A DNA stretch of 64,000 nucleotides from an uncultured Desulfobacter sp. (GTDB lineage: Bacteria > Desulfobacterota > Desulfobacteria > Desulfobacterales > Desulfobacteraceae), in the NCBI GenBank assembly GCA_963665095.1, contig OY762069.1, positions 1,472,001 to 1,536,000 on the forward strand. Reading direction: 5' to 3'. The notes beneath the pieces are model-generated. The model made no database searches and was not told where the DNA came from. It saw only the letters and a program-made list of their open reading frames with translations. The stretch's first letter is position 1. Each line of letters starts with the position of its first letter. A program made the position numbers and the translations under genes. Below, piece by piece: positions 1-9,719 of this stretch.

Positions 1-1
1 T

Positions 2-43
2 GCGGCCGCCGCCAATGAGGTGGATGAAAAAATATTTGAATAA
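2..43 (+). CDS. 3' end of an upstream gene (partial, AAAANEVDEKIFE*)
   Basis: Open frame from the window edge ending in TAA at 41-43; too short to identify. Confidence 0.4.
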   Translation, partial: AAAANEVDEKIFE

Positions 44-129
44 CAGCCGTGGGCGGACCGGGCCTGTCAAACCCTAGGTTTCAACCCACAACAAAGCATG
101 CAAGGACCTTAACAACGTATTGGATCTTT
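40..129 (+). repeat. ~93-bp intergenic repeat, copy 1
   Basis: ATAACAGCCGTGGGC...AGGTTTCAACCCACAACAAAGCATG...AACAAC..ATTGGA; the 25-bp core 76-100 is identical to 13242-13266. Confidence 0.85.
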
Positions 130-135
130 AGCCAC

Positions 136-996
136 ATGCACCCGGATAAAGTCAAAAGAGAACAGGTAAAAAAACTCACAGATCTGCCCAACATCGGCAA
201 GGCCATGGAAGAAGACCTGGTTGATATTGGGATTACCGGGCCGGCACAGCTTAAAGGGGTGTCGGCCCTGGATCTGTATAAGACGCTTTGCAGACATCAA
301 AAGGCACAGCATGACCCTTGCGTACTGGATGTGTTCCTCTCCATCACCCGGTTTATGGCGGAAGACCCACCCCGTGCCTGGTGGAAATATACAGAAGAAA
401 GAAAAGCTTTCTGCGCCCGGGACCATCTGTTTGCCGTCACCGATATTTTCGGCAGGACAGCTGCATTTGAAAGGCTGATAAACAGCATTTCCAATAAATT
501 TGCCTCTGTGGAAATTATTGATCCATACGACGGCCACGCTTATGATTTTAACGATGAATCAGAAGCCTACGCCTGTTTTCAAAAAGAGATCGGCCTTCAA
601 AGTTACATTGAAAAGGTAAACGACCATCTTCTGGGAAGAAAAATTTTAAACCAGACCCTGCTGGGTTTCAGCGCAGGCGCATCTGCCATCTGGTCGGCAT
701 CACAACATCTTAAAACCTTTAAACACACAAAAGCGGTCTGTTTTTACAGCTCCCAGATCCGTCACCTGCTGGATGTAACGCCTGAAGTCCCTACAGTCCT
801 GTACTTTTCAAAAACGGAACCCTCCTATGATGTGGATGAGGTTATCGGTCAGTTGTCGAAAACTAATCATGTCACCTGCCACAAAACCCCCTACCAGCAT
901 GGATTCATGAATGAACACTCCCTGAACTTTGATCAGAACGGGTATGAAGCGTATCTGGCAAAGCTGAACAGAAAAAATTATGTTTACACCCTGTAA
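136..996 (+). CDS. Fusion: Cdd1/helix-hairpin-helix (mitomycin-resistance-like) domain + dienelactone hydrolase-family domain
   Basis: N-terminal LTDLPNIGKAM...HDPCVLDVF...WW motifs; C-terminal TDIFG, GFSAG nucleophile elbow and HGFMN. ATG 136 is preferred over GTG 49, which lies inside the repeat. Confidence 0.7.
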   Translation: MHPDKVKREQVKKLTDLPNIGKAMEEDLVDIGITGPAQLKGVSALDLYKTLCRHQKAQHDPCVLDVFLSITRFMAEDPPRAWWKYTEERKAFCARDHLFAVTDIFGRTAAFERLINSISNKFASVEIIDPYDGHAYDFNDESEAYACFQKEIGLQSYIEKVNDHLLGRKILNQTLLGFSAGASAIWSASQHLKTFKHTKAVCFYSSQIRHLLDVTPEVPTVLYFSKTEPSYDVDEVIGQLSKTNHVTCHKTPYQHGFMNEHSLNFDQNGYEAYLAKLNRKNYVYTL

Positions 997-1657
997 CAGA
1001 TCCTGACATTAAACTTCCTTGCCGGATTCCTTAATTTTCTTTTAATAACAAGCAATTAATTCCTTTCCAATTTTAAAGACCAGCCAATAAAAATTTTACA
1101 ATCCTAAAAGTCTATCCGTGCAGCTGTGCCCCGTAAAACAGGACTTTTTTCTTCATGTTTCATTATTGCAGCGCAGTGGTACCCGCAAAAAAATTGAAAA
1201 ATCGTCTAATCTCAATAGTGCTACAAATTTGTAATATAAAAATACAATTTTTTACTTGACCCTGAATCACACAGAGGACTATTCGATAGTTGAACGATGT
1301 TCTACAACCAAACAACCTTCTACTGAGAGGTGATCATGGGGTAAAGGGGCACCGGATACATACAACGGTTCTAAACTGCCGCCCGGCATCAACCGCGGGG
1401 AAAAAGCCGCTTTTTTCTACTGATGGAAGTAAACCCGGAAAGCTTCGGGCCTTTCAGAACAGTATCAGGCACAGTGCCGGATCACTGATCACTTCTTCTG
1501 CCTTTGTTCAGGCACAGACAAATTCACAAAACGCCTGCTTAGTTACAAGCAGTACATTCATGGTTTTCAAAACGTATTTATCGCGTCTTTCCGGTATGCT
1601 GCACTCTTTTTCAAATTACTGCATTAACCATGCTGACACTAGCATTGTTCAATGGCG

Positions 1658-1674
1658 CTGGTATGGTAATTGCT
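1658..1674 (+). promoter_or_regulatory. Sigma-54 (-24/-12) promoter
   Basis: CTGGTATGGTAATTGCT = GG-N10-GC with TGG and TTGC, about 75 bp before the operon start at 1748. Confidence 0.7.
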
Positions 1675-1747
1675 CTATTGGGATTCAGAATTTCCGCATG
1701 GCGGACACCCATTCAGGGTTTGCTCTTTTATATCAATGGAGGAAGTT

Positions 1748-2839
1748 ATGGGATTAAAAAAACTGGGAGGTTTGCTGTTCTCTTTCATTGGCTTGCTGTT
1801 AATTTTATCCGGGATGCCCCCGCCAGATCTTTATGCAGGAAACGGACGTCCCGTAATTGCAATAAAAAACGATCTGAACACTGTGGCTGTAATTCCTGAA
1901 AAAACAAGGATTGTAACTGCAGGGGAGTCTGGCGCTATTTTTCTAAGCGATGATGCCGGGACCCGCTGGATACAGGCAGACAGCGGCACCCTGGCCGCCC
2001 TTTTTTCCATCTCATTTCCGGATGGAACCAACGGCTGGATCTCAGGCCGAAACGGGCTTATCCTGAGCTCCCGCGATGCCGGTATGACTTGGAATAAACA
2101 GGAAACCGGTCTTTCCACTCATCTTTTCTCCATTGATTTTCATGATTCAGCCAATGGGTTTGCAGCCGGTGACTGGGGAAAAATCATCAGAACCCGTGAC
2201 TGTGGCACAACCTGGCAAGACGTCTCTTTGGAAGAAGACATTATCCTCTATGGCATTGTCATGCTGGATGTACAAAGCGCCTGCGTAGTCGGAGAGATGG
2301 GCAGGATTTTTCTCACGGACAACAGCGGGGAAACCTGGAAGGAAGCAGCATCTCCTGTTCAATCAACACTTTTTTGTATCAGCCGGGATAAATCCAGCCT
2401 TTGTGCAGCAGGCCTGGACGGCGCCATCATCTATTCAACCGATTGTGGCGCCACATGGCAGCAGGCGAAAACTTTCACCCAAACAGCTATTTACGGCATC
2501 AGCCTTTCTAACGGTACCGCCCTTGCCGCAGGACAGGCCGGTACCGCTTTGATCTCCGGCGATTGTGGCATGACCTGGCAGGCCTTGGAAGGGTCCGGGC
2601 AGAAACGCGCCTTCTGGCTCGGTGCGGCCTGCTTAAGCCGTTGGGACACGGGAGGGGTTACCGGCACCGTATGCGGCGCCGGGGGATTGACCGCACAGGT
2701 GACAGACAGTGCCATTCTTTGGGCTGATGATCCGTCAACGTCTCAGAACGGGACAATACCGGTAAAAGCAGCTGATTCAAAAAAATCTTCACCACCTGAG
2801 ATGACCACAGACAAAAACGGGAGGGCATCAGATGAATAA
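1748..2839 (+). CDS. YCF48-related / BNR-repeat beta-propeller protein
   Basis: Repeated SxDxGxTW motifs, signal-like N-terminus, RBS GGAGGA before ATG 1748. Confidence 0.85.
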   Translation: MGLKKLGGLLFSFIGLLLILSGMPPPDLYAGNGRPVIAIKNDLNTVAVIPEKTRIVTAGESGAIFLSDDAGTRWIQADSGTLAALFSISFPDGTNGWISGRNGLILSSRDAGMTWNKQETGLSTHLFSIDFHDSANGFAAGDWGKIIRTRDCGTTWQDVSLEEDIILYGIVMLDVQSACVVGEMGRIFLTDNSGETWKEAASPVQSTLFCISRDKSSLCAAGLDGAIIYSTDCGATWQQAKTFTQTAIYGISLSNGTALAAGQAGTALISGDCGMTWQALEGSGQKRAFWLGAACLSRWDTGGVTGTVCGAGGLTAQVTDSAILWADDPSTSQNGTIPVKAADSKKSSPPEMTTDKNGRASDE

Positions 2840-5108
2840 GCATGTGCAATCAGAATCGCATTGTATCCGGTTCATTCTCCACCACCGCATTTGGTTTCTG
2901 GCCGCTTTTCTGCTGGTCACGGCGTTCCTAGGCTATCAACTGCCAACCCTTTCCATCAGCAAAGAGGTGAATGTCCTGTTCCCGGCCCACCACCCCAACA
3001 TGGTGCTGGTTAAAAAGTTTAACAAGATGCTGGCCACCCCGGACAAGCTGATCTGCATTCTTGAGGTTAAAAACGGGGATATCTACACGCCTGACGCATT
3101 ATCAAAAATCCAGGCCCTGACCCGGGCCGTGCTGCAGCTGCCAGGCTGTGATGCCTCGGATATCAAATCCATTACCGAAACCAGTGTCAAGCACATGGAG
3201 GCAACGGCCTGGGGCGTGGAAACCAACCCGGTGATCTTTCCGGATCTTCCGGAAACAACAGAAGAGTTTCACCGCTTGCGCCAACGGGTGGAAACAGATG
3301 CAGGCATCCGGGGGGTCTATGTCTCCTATGACGGGACTGCAGCCACCATCATGGCCAAGTGGAAAAAAAAAGACAAGCTGGGTCTGTTACATGATGATCT
3401 GCAAAAAATTGCCAAGGCCCACACAGATGACAATTTCATGGTTCACTTTGCCGGGGCCCCGGCCCTTGGCGCCCACCTGATTCATCTCACCGGCCAGTTC
3501 AAGACGGCAGCACTCTGGATGGCAGCAGGGCTGCTCCTTTTGCCGGCCCTTTTCCTGCGCAGTGTTACAGGGGTGGTGCTGGCTTTTGCAAGCCTTGTTT
3601 TAAGCAGTGTCTGGGCGTTGGGGTTTGCTGCCGCAATCTCAGTTCCATTAAGCTTTCTAACCATTGTCTGGATTTTGTTTTTCATTGGCGTTACCACCGG
3701 GATGTCTGCATTTTGTTTCAGGTATTACAAGGCCTGTGCCGAACATGTTCCAGAAAAATCCAACACCTTGGAAACCGCCTTTGGCCACCTGTTTTCACCG
3801 GTGACGGCTGGATTCATTCTTACAGGTCTGTGTGCGTTGACCCTGTCCCTGTCTGATCCGGCCCTGCTCTGCCAGACCGGATACTTTGGGGTCTTTTTTG
3901 CTGTGGCAGGATTTTTTATTGTACTGGTATTCAACCCGGCAGTTCTCTCCTTTCTGCCCTTGCAAAAACCCTGCACGCCTGTAATCCGGTCGGCACCGGC
4001 AATCTCCCGGGTGACGGCGATTCTTATCATGACGGCCATAATCGCCGGCGGCGTGTTCAGCGCCAGGCAACTTGCCGTTGGTGACAATGAACCAGGCTCG
4101 GCCTTTTTCTTTCCTGACCACCCGTACTCAGTCGGGTTCTCACTCTTTAATGAAAAATTCATTGGCGGCTACAACATGACCATCGTGGCCGAAGGCCGCC
4201 GGAAAGGCGTATTAAATGATTTCCAGACCATGGAGCTGATCGGACAATTCCAGCACTACCTGGAAAATGAAACCGATGCCAGGGCCTGTATCTCCATTGC
4301 CATGATGATGAAGCTTCTGGCCAGGCTCTACCACGAAGGCAATCCCAAATGGGCATTAATCCCCAGGGACGAACAGGCCCGTTCCGCCCTGGGCGGGGCC
4401 ATTAAAATGGGGGGCACGGCCGGCCAATGGATGGATGATACCTGGACCAATGCCTCCATCCAGGCCATGTACGGCAGTGACGACTACTACCTGACCAAAT
4501 TGCGGACAGCCAAGGCCCGGCAGTTTATCAAGGATCACCCTTCGGACCGGGTGGACTTCAGGGTGTGCGCAGGATTCTTAAGTGTTATTGAGGCCATGGA
4601 TGATGCAGGCGCCAGGGCATTTTGGCAGTGCATATGGATGGCTGCAGGCCTTACGCTCATTGCGGGTCTTCTGGCCTTCCGACAGCCCGTGCCCGCTTTT
4701 GCCGGTCTGGCAGCCACCATAACGGCCCAGGCAGCCGCATTGATTTTCATGGCGGCCCAGGGCATTTGCATCAGCATTCACATGGTACCTGTGGCACCAC
4801 TTTGCCTTGGCTGGGGTGGCATGCTTGGCATCTGCCTTCTGGCACTCATGGAAAAAAGCAGGGCCGGCTTTACGGATTTAAAGACCAGGGCCTTTACAGG
4901 TCAGGTGCTTTTTCCCCTGGCCACTTTAGGCCTTGTCCCTGCAGCCATGCTGCTGCCCTGGGCTTTGACAGACTTCAAGTTCATGGCTGAAAGCGCACAA
5001 CTCATTGTTTTTTTCACACTCGCACAATTTGTCACGTTAAGCATTACCCTGTTTTGTCTTGCAGATTTGAATAGATCGTCAGGCGCAGTAAACAAAAATT
5101 ACACATAA
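2832..5108 (+). CDS. MMPL/RND-family transporter
   Basis: Two-fold repeat of TM1 + large periplasmic loop + TM bundle; typical YCF48/DUF1302/DUF1329 context. Confidence 0.8.
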   Translation: MNKHVQSESHCIRFILHHRIWFLAAFLLVTAFLGYQLPTLSISKEVNVLFPAHHPNMVLVKKFNKMLATPDKLICILEVKNGDIYTPDALSKIQALTRAVLQLPGCDASDIKSITETSVKHMEATAWGVETNPVIFPDLPETTEEFHRLRQRVETDAGIRGVYVSYDGTAATIMAKWKKKDKLGLLHDDLQKIAKAHTDDNFMVHFAGAPALGAHLIHLTGQFKTAALWMAAGLLLLPALFLRSVTGVVLAFASLVLSSVWALGFAAAISVPLSFLTIVWILFFIGVTTGMSAFCFRYYKACAEHVPEKSNTLETAFGHLFSPVTAGFILTGLCALTLSLSDPALLCQTGYFGVFFAVAGFFIVLVFNPAVLSFLPLQKPCTPVIRSAPAISRVTAILIMTAIIAGGVFSARQLAVGDNEPGSAFFFPDHPYSVGFSLFNEKFIGGYNMTIVAEGRRKGVLNDFQTMELIGQFQHYLENETDARACISIAMMMKLLARLYHEGNPKWALIPRDEQARSALGGAIKMGGTAGQWMDDTWTNASIQAMYGSDDYYLTKLRTAKARQFIKDHPSDRVDFRVCAGFLSVIEAMDDAGARAFWQCIWMAAGLTLIAGLLAFRQPVPAFAGLAATITAQAAALIFMAAQGICISIHMVPVAPLCLGWGGMLGICLLALMEKSRAGFTDLKTRAFTGQVLFPLATLGLVPAAMLLPWALTDFKFMAESAQLIVFFTLAQFVTLSITLFCLADLNRSSGAVNKNYT

Positions 5109-5126
5109 AAACGTAAAGGGGGAAAC

Positions 5127-6842
5127 ATGAACGTCAACAAAGCGGTAAAATGGATATGGATGTCCTTGATTCTGGTCATATTTTCCTGTCCAGGTGTCTG
5201 GTCCATGTCGCTGAATGAGTCAGGGACCCTTAATATCACCGGCAAGTTTGAAACCAGAAATGCCTTCAGAACGGAAGATTCCGACAGTAACAGATGGCCT
5301 GAGGCGAAGGCCGGCGACATGGTTCAGCAGCGCAATACCCTGCAGCTGGAGCTGGACCATGATTTGGGTGAATTAGGCAGCTCCGGGGTCCTGGTCAAAT
5401 ACCATCTTGTGGGAAGGGCCTGGTACGACGGCATATTTGATTACGGTCCATCTGTCTGGCAAAATGCAAGACAGACCAATGATACCATCAAAGACGATAT
5501 TGACGATTACAAATGGGACCTGGACCTGCGGGAAGGCTACACGGACATCTCGGCAGGCAAGGTATTTTTCAGAATCGGCCGCCAGAATCTTGCCTGGGGT
5601 GAAACCGATGCCAAAAGGCTTCTGGACGGGATCAATCCCCTGGACAATACCACCCCGTTCCTGAAACTGGATGACCGGCGCATTCCCTTGTGGATGCTGC
5701 GCAGCACCTACAATTTGGGCACCCACGGCTTTCTTTCCAACCTGAATATTGAAGGTTTTGTTTCACCCTGCTTCGGCAGCATGGCTGACCGGGTGGGGCC
5801 CACAACACCTGCAGGATCGCCCTACTCCTATGGGGAAAACATCCCCTCTGACGAAGTGATTAACGGATCCGGCATCGGTCTTTACAGGGAGATCAACGGG
5901 CCCACCAGCGATCTGGAAGACTCCCGCTGGGGGTTCCGTTTAGGGGGCGTTGTTTCAAACAACTTAGGTTTTACCCTGGCCCACTACAAAAGCTATCAGG
6001 ACACGGCACTGCCGGTTCTCAAAAGAAACAACAAACAGACCTTTGCCAACTCCAGCAACCAGGCCACCTATGCCGGGCTTATTTCAGGCTCCACGAATCC
6101 GGCCGTGGTAGGTGCCACCGCCGCAGCACTTGCCGGAGGATCTCCTTCAGGCATGTCTGCAGAACAGATCGCAACGCTGAACGCCCTGGGCAGCATGAGC
6201 ATTTTTCCTGAAAGCTTCACCCAGGAGATGGTGTACAACCCCATCAAGGTTACCGGCGGCAGCATCAATTACTGGGTGGAACCCCTTGATTTTGTGCTGC
6301 GCAGTGAGGTGGCCTATGTGCATGACCAGGCTTTTTTCTCAAAAGATGCCAACCTGAACATGATACTGGACTCCGACCACCTGGTCTCCACCCTGTCAAA
6401 GGACGGTTACCTGCCCACCTCGGATGTGATCAAGTTTGCCGTGGGCGTGGACAAAATGTTCTGGATCCGGCCCCTGAACCCCAATGTGCGGTTCACCCTG
6501 ATTGCCCAGTATTTCGGGTCCTATATCCGGGATTATGATGACAGCTTCTGCCTGCCCCTGACCAATCCCGACACCCAGGACTATGACCAGGTCAAACGGT
6601 ATGAACAGGCTTTTACGCTCAATCTGCAGACCACATACCGCAACGGCACGGTCAAGCCGGAGCTGTCCGTCCAATATGACCCCAGGGGCAACTGGGCCAT
6701 CCAGCCCTCCCTGGAACTGGAGAAAAACATGTGGCGGTTCAAAATTGAGGCCACCATCGGCGAAGCCAACACCATGACCGGAACGGGTGCGGCCCGGGAC
6801 AAGGATGAAATCGCCTTTACCATTGGCTGGCTGTTGCGTTAA
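5127..6842 (+). CDS. DUF1302-family outer-membrane protein
   Basis: Signal peptide, LREGY...RIGRQNLAWGETD...LLDGINPLD, RIPLWM motifs, amphipathic C-terminal beta strand. Confidence 0.8.
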   Translation: MNVNKAVKWIWMSLILVIFSCPGVWSMSLNESGTLNITGKFETRNAFRTEDSDSNRWPEAKAGDMVQQRNTLQLELDHDLGELGSSGVLVKYHLVGRAWYDGIFDYGPSVWQNARQTNDTIKDDIDDYKWDLDLREGYTDISAGKVFFRIGRQNLAWGETDAKRLLDGINPLDNTTPFLKLDDRRIPLWMLRSTYNLGTHGFLSNLNIEGFVSPCFGSMADRVGPTTPAGSPYSYGENIPSDEVINGSGIGLYREINGPTSDLEDSRWGFRLGGVVSNNLGFTLAHYKSYQDTALPVLKRNNKQTFANSSNQATYAGLISGSTNPAVVGATAAALAGGSPSGMSAEQIATLNALGSMSIFPESFTQEMVYNPIKVTGGSINYWVEPLDFVLRSEVAYVHDQAFFSKDANLNMILDSDHLVSTLSKDGYLPTSDVIKFAVGVDKMFWIRPLNPNVRFTLIAQYFGSYIRDYDDSFCLPLTNPDTQDYDQVKRYEQAFTLNLQTTYRNGTVKPELSVQYDPRGNWAIQPSLELEKNMWRFKIEATIGEANTMTGTGAARDKDEIAFTIGWLLR

Positions 6843-6947
6843 GCCCCGGACAGATTACAGGGGGGACCGCTTAAAAACAAAACGGCTTTTAAAAAAAAAT
6901 TATGCAACGGTTTATCGGATTAATTTATTACCAGGAGGAAAGAATCA

Positions 6948-8246
6948 ATGAAACAGTTTAAGACCTTGATATGGATCACCATCCTTTTGACAGGGATGGC
7001 TCTTTTGGCCGGCCCTGCCCCTGCAGATGAGGTCATTACGGCGGATAACTGGCAGAAAATCCAAGGCATGGTGCCGGACACGGTGCTGGAGTGGGTCAAA
7101 AAAGGAGATACCACCATCACCATCGTGGATGAACTGGCATTTGACACCGCAAAAATCATGAATGCTCCCGAGTTCGTGGCTGAAAATAAACTAAATGAGG
7201 GCAAATATGCGGTAAAAGACGGCTCCATTGTCTATGCCGACACCGGCAAAACAGCCGGTTTCATCTCAGGCCTGCCTTTTCCAGGGGAACTTTCCCCCAA
7301 AGACCCGGATGCCTTTCACAAGCTTTGCTACAACCGGTATTACAACCTGCACCGCATCGGTTCCATCCGGTTTGTATTTCTAGGCGAAATGGTGGGCCGG
7401 AAATCGGGCATGGAAAAAAGGGTACTGGGCAATTTCCTGAACTACTCCTTTGACGGATATGCCCCCCAGAAAGATGTCCCCAACCCGGACAATATCATGT
7501 TCATGTCCATCAACAACATCACCTCCCCCTATGACATGAAAGGGGTGGCATCCATGATGTGGCGTCACCGGGGCACCCAGAAAGACATGTGCTACAACTT
7601 TCTGCCCGGTACCAGACGTGTGCGGCGCGGCAGTCCCGCCGGAAGATCTGACGCCTTTGCCGGCTCCGATCTCACCCTGGACGACCAGGGCGGATACCAG
7701 GGCCAGATGGCAGCCATGAATACCCGGCTCATCGAAGAAAAAGTGGCGCTGGTGCCCTGGGTTGATGTCAAGCCCGTGCCGGTGACCCAGAATGAGGCAG
7801 GTGAGTGGGTTACGGGCAAAGATGCGCCCCTGCTGGACATCGGTTTCAGGAAAGAGGGCTGGAAAGGCGCGCCCTGGTCCATGCCGGGGCTTAAATACGT
7901 CAAACGGACGGTTTGGGTGGGGGAGATGATTTCAAAAGATCCCAGCTATAACTACGGTTTAAGCCATATGTGGTGTGACAAAGAGACCGGCATGGCCTGT
8001 TACAAGGTCAATTACGACCGCAAAAAAGAGTATTGGAAAACCATGATTCTGGGCCTTGCCGCCTTTGCGGCAAAAGACAACCCCGACAATGCCTGGTTTG
8101 AGATGGGGTCAACCCTGATTGTGGATGACAGAAGAGACCATGCCACGGTCATTGAGCAGGTAACCCCTGAATATCCCTACGTCTTTTTTGCCCAAAATGC
8201 GTTGAACGATTTTTCCCTGGCAGGGTTTAACAAGTACTGCAAATAA
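6948..8246 (+). CDS. DUF1329-family periplasmic protein (lipoprotein-sorting-like)
   Basis: Signal peptide, ITADNW, GLPFP, PGTRRVRR, YDRKKEYWKT motifs. Confidence 0.85.
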   Translation: MKQFKTLIWITILLTGMALLAGPAPADEVITADNWQKIQGMVPDTVLEWVKKGDTTITIVDELAFDTAKIMNAPEFVAENKLNEGKYAVKDGSIVYADTGKTAGFISGLPFPGELSPKDPDAFHKLCYNRYYNLHRIGSIRFVFLGEMVGRKSGMEKRVLGNFLNYSFDGYAPQKDVPNPDNIMFMSINNITSPYDMKGVASMMWRHRGTQKDMCYNFLPGTRRVRRGSPAGRSDAFAGSDLTLDDQGGYQGQMAAMNTRLIEEKVALVPWVDVKPVPVTQNEAGEWVTGKDAPLLDIGFRKEGWKGAPWSMPGLKYVKRTVWVGEMISKDPSYNYGLSHMWCDKETGMACYKVNYDRKKEYWKTMILGLAAFAAKDNPDNAWFEMGSTLIVDDRRDHATVIEQVTPEYPYVFFAQNALNDFSLAGFNKYCK

Positions 8247-8253
8247 CCCGGAT

Positions 8254-8287
8254 CATCCGGCCCGGGGCATCTGCTCCGGGCCGGATG
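8254..8287 (+). terminator. GC-rich stem-loop after the DUF1329 gene
   Basis: CATCCGGCCCGGGGCA / TGCTCCGGGCCGGATG inverted repeat; no clean U-tract. Confidence 0.5.
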
Positions 8288-8333
8288 CCAGGGTTGCCCA
8301 AACAACACCGGGAATTTTTTTAAATAAAATTTT

Positions 8334-9695
8334 ATGAAAAAAACCGTTTTGTACATATTATTCTGTTTGCTTTTTTTAATTCCAAGGGCCGGAGCTCAAA
8401 CGGTCTCCATCACCCGCGCCCTTGAACTGATGCAGCAGAATAACGACACCCTTAAAGGGGAAAAGGCCAAAGTTCAAGCGGCCGCCTATAAATTAAAAGA
8501 GGCCAAAGGCCTTAAATACCCCTCTTTGTCCATCATGGGCAGTTATGTCCACCTCAATGAGGATCTCGAACTTCACCTCAACGAATACAGAGACAAGGCA
8601 GCAGGCCTTTTGCAGATTACGCCCTCCATGCTGGGCAGCTGGGACATCAAAGTCCAGGACCAGGATTTTGGCCTTATCGCCGCTAACCTGTCCTGGCCGT
8701 TGTATACCGGTGGAAAAATCACATCCGCCATAAAAGCGGCAGGATTTGAAACCCGAATCGCAAAAGTTGAGACCACCCAGACCGAGAACCGCCTGATCTG
8801 CATTCTGGTAGACAGGTACTACCTGCTCAAACTGACCCAGGAGGCGCTAAAAGTCCGGCAGCGCGCCCTTGAGACCTGCCGGGCCCACCTGTTCAATGCC
8901 CGGAAACTGGAAAAACAGGGGATGATCGCCGCGGTTGAAACAATGCAGGCTCAGACAGCTGTGTCTGATGCCCAAAGGGAAACCGCAGCCGCCCTGAAAG
9001 ATATTGAGCTTGCCAGGGCCGCATTAACCGGTGTCATCGGAAAACAAGACTTAACCATTCATCACTTAAGCTCACCTTTGTTTGAATTTTCACTGGAGCA
9101 CGATCTTGATTATTACAAACAGCAGGCCAAAGACAATTATCCTACCATTGTCAAGGCAGGGTTGATGAAAAAGCTGGTCGAACAGAATCAAAAAGTGCAG
9201 CAGGCAGGCTTTCTGCCCCAGATTGCACTTTTGGGAAGCAGAAACTTATACACGGACAATCTGGTGCTGGATGAGTGCAATTATGAATGGTTTATAGGCT
9301 TAGGAATGACCCTGTCACTGTTCAACGGCATGCAGGACGTAAACCGGGTCAGACGCTCCCAGGCCCAGATCATAAGCATCTCCCGTCAAAAAAAACAGGC
9401 AAAAAAGGATATTCAGGTCCTGGTGGAAAAATATTACCTGGAAATTTTAAAATACAAGGAGCAGTACCAGGCCCTGGAAACAGATCTGGATGCGGCCAGG
9501 GAGCTTCTGCGGACCCGGAACCGCTCCTTTGCCGAAGGATTGTCGGACTCGGTACAGGTGGCTGATGCAAGCCTTTACCTGTCCGCCATTGAACTGAAAC
9601 GGCTCAAAGCTTTGTACGGCATGGATATAACCCTTGCAAGGCTTCTGGAACTAGGCGGGCAAAGCAGCTATTTTACCCGGTACGCCGATCAATAA
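8334..9695 (+). CDS. TolC-family outer-membrane efflux protein
   Basis: Signal peptide, two OEP repeats (YPSLS...WPLYTGG; FLPQI...LFNG). Confidence 0.9.
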   Translation: MKKTVLYILFCLLFLIPRAGAQTVSITRALELMQQNNDTLKGEKAKVQAAAYKLKEAKGLKYPSLSIMGSYVHLNEDLELHLNEYRDKAAGLLQITPSMLGSWDIKVQDQDFGLIAANLSWPLYTGGKITSAIKAAGFETRIAKVETTQTENRLICILVDRYYLLKLTQEALKVRQRALETCRAHLFNARKLEKQGMIAAVETMQAQTAVSDAQRETAAALKDIELARAALTGVIGKQDLTIHHLSSPLFEFSLEHDLDYYKQQAKDNYPTIVKAGLMKKLVEQNQKVQQAGFLPQIALLGSRNLYTDNLVLDECNYEWFIGLGMTLSLFNGMQDVNRVRRSQAQIISISRQKKQAKKDIQVLVEKYYLEILKYKEQYQALETDLDAARELLRTRNRSFAEGLSDSVQVADASLYLSAIELKRLKALYGMDITLARLLELGGQSSYFTRYADQ

Positions 9696-9719
9696 GGGGT
9701 AAGGGGCATATTTATAAAG

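Noticed and set aside
1325..1375. RBS GAGAGGTG + ATG GGG TAA mini-ORF or decayed gene start
   Set aside because: Stops immediately; I could not assign the downstream residues to any family.
1290..1757. 155-aa ORF upstream of the YCF48 gene
   Set aside because: No recognisable motif, overlaps the sigma-54 promoter and RBS; likely spurious.
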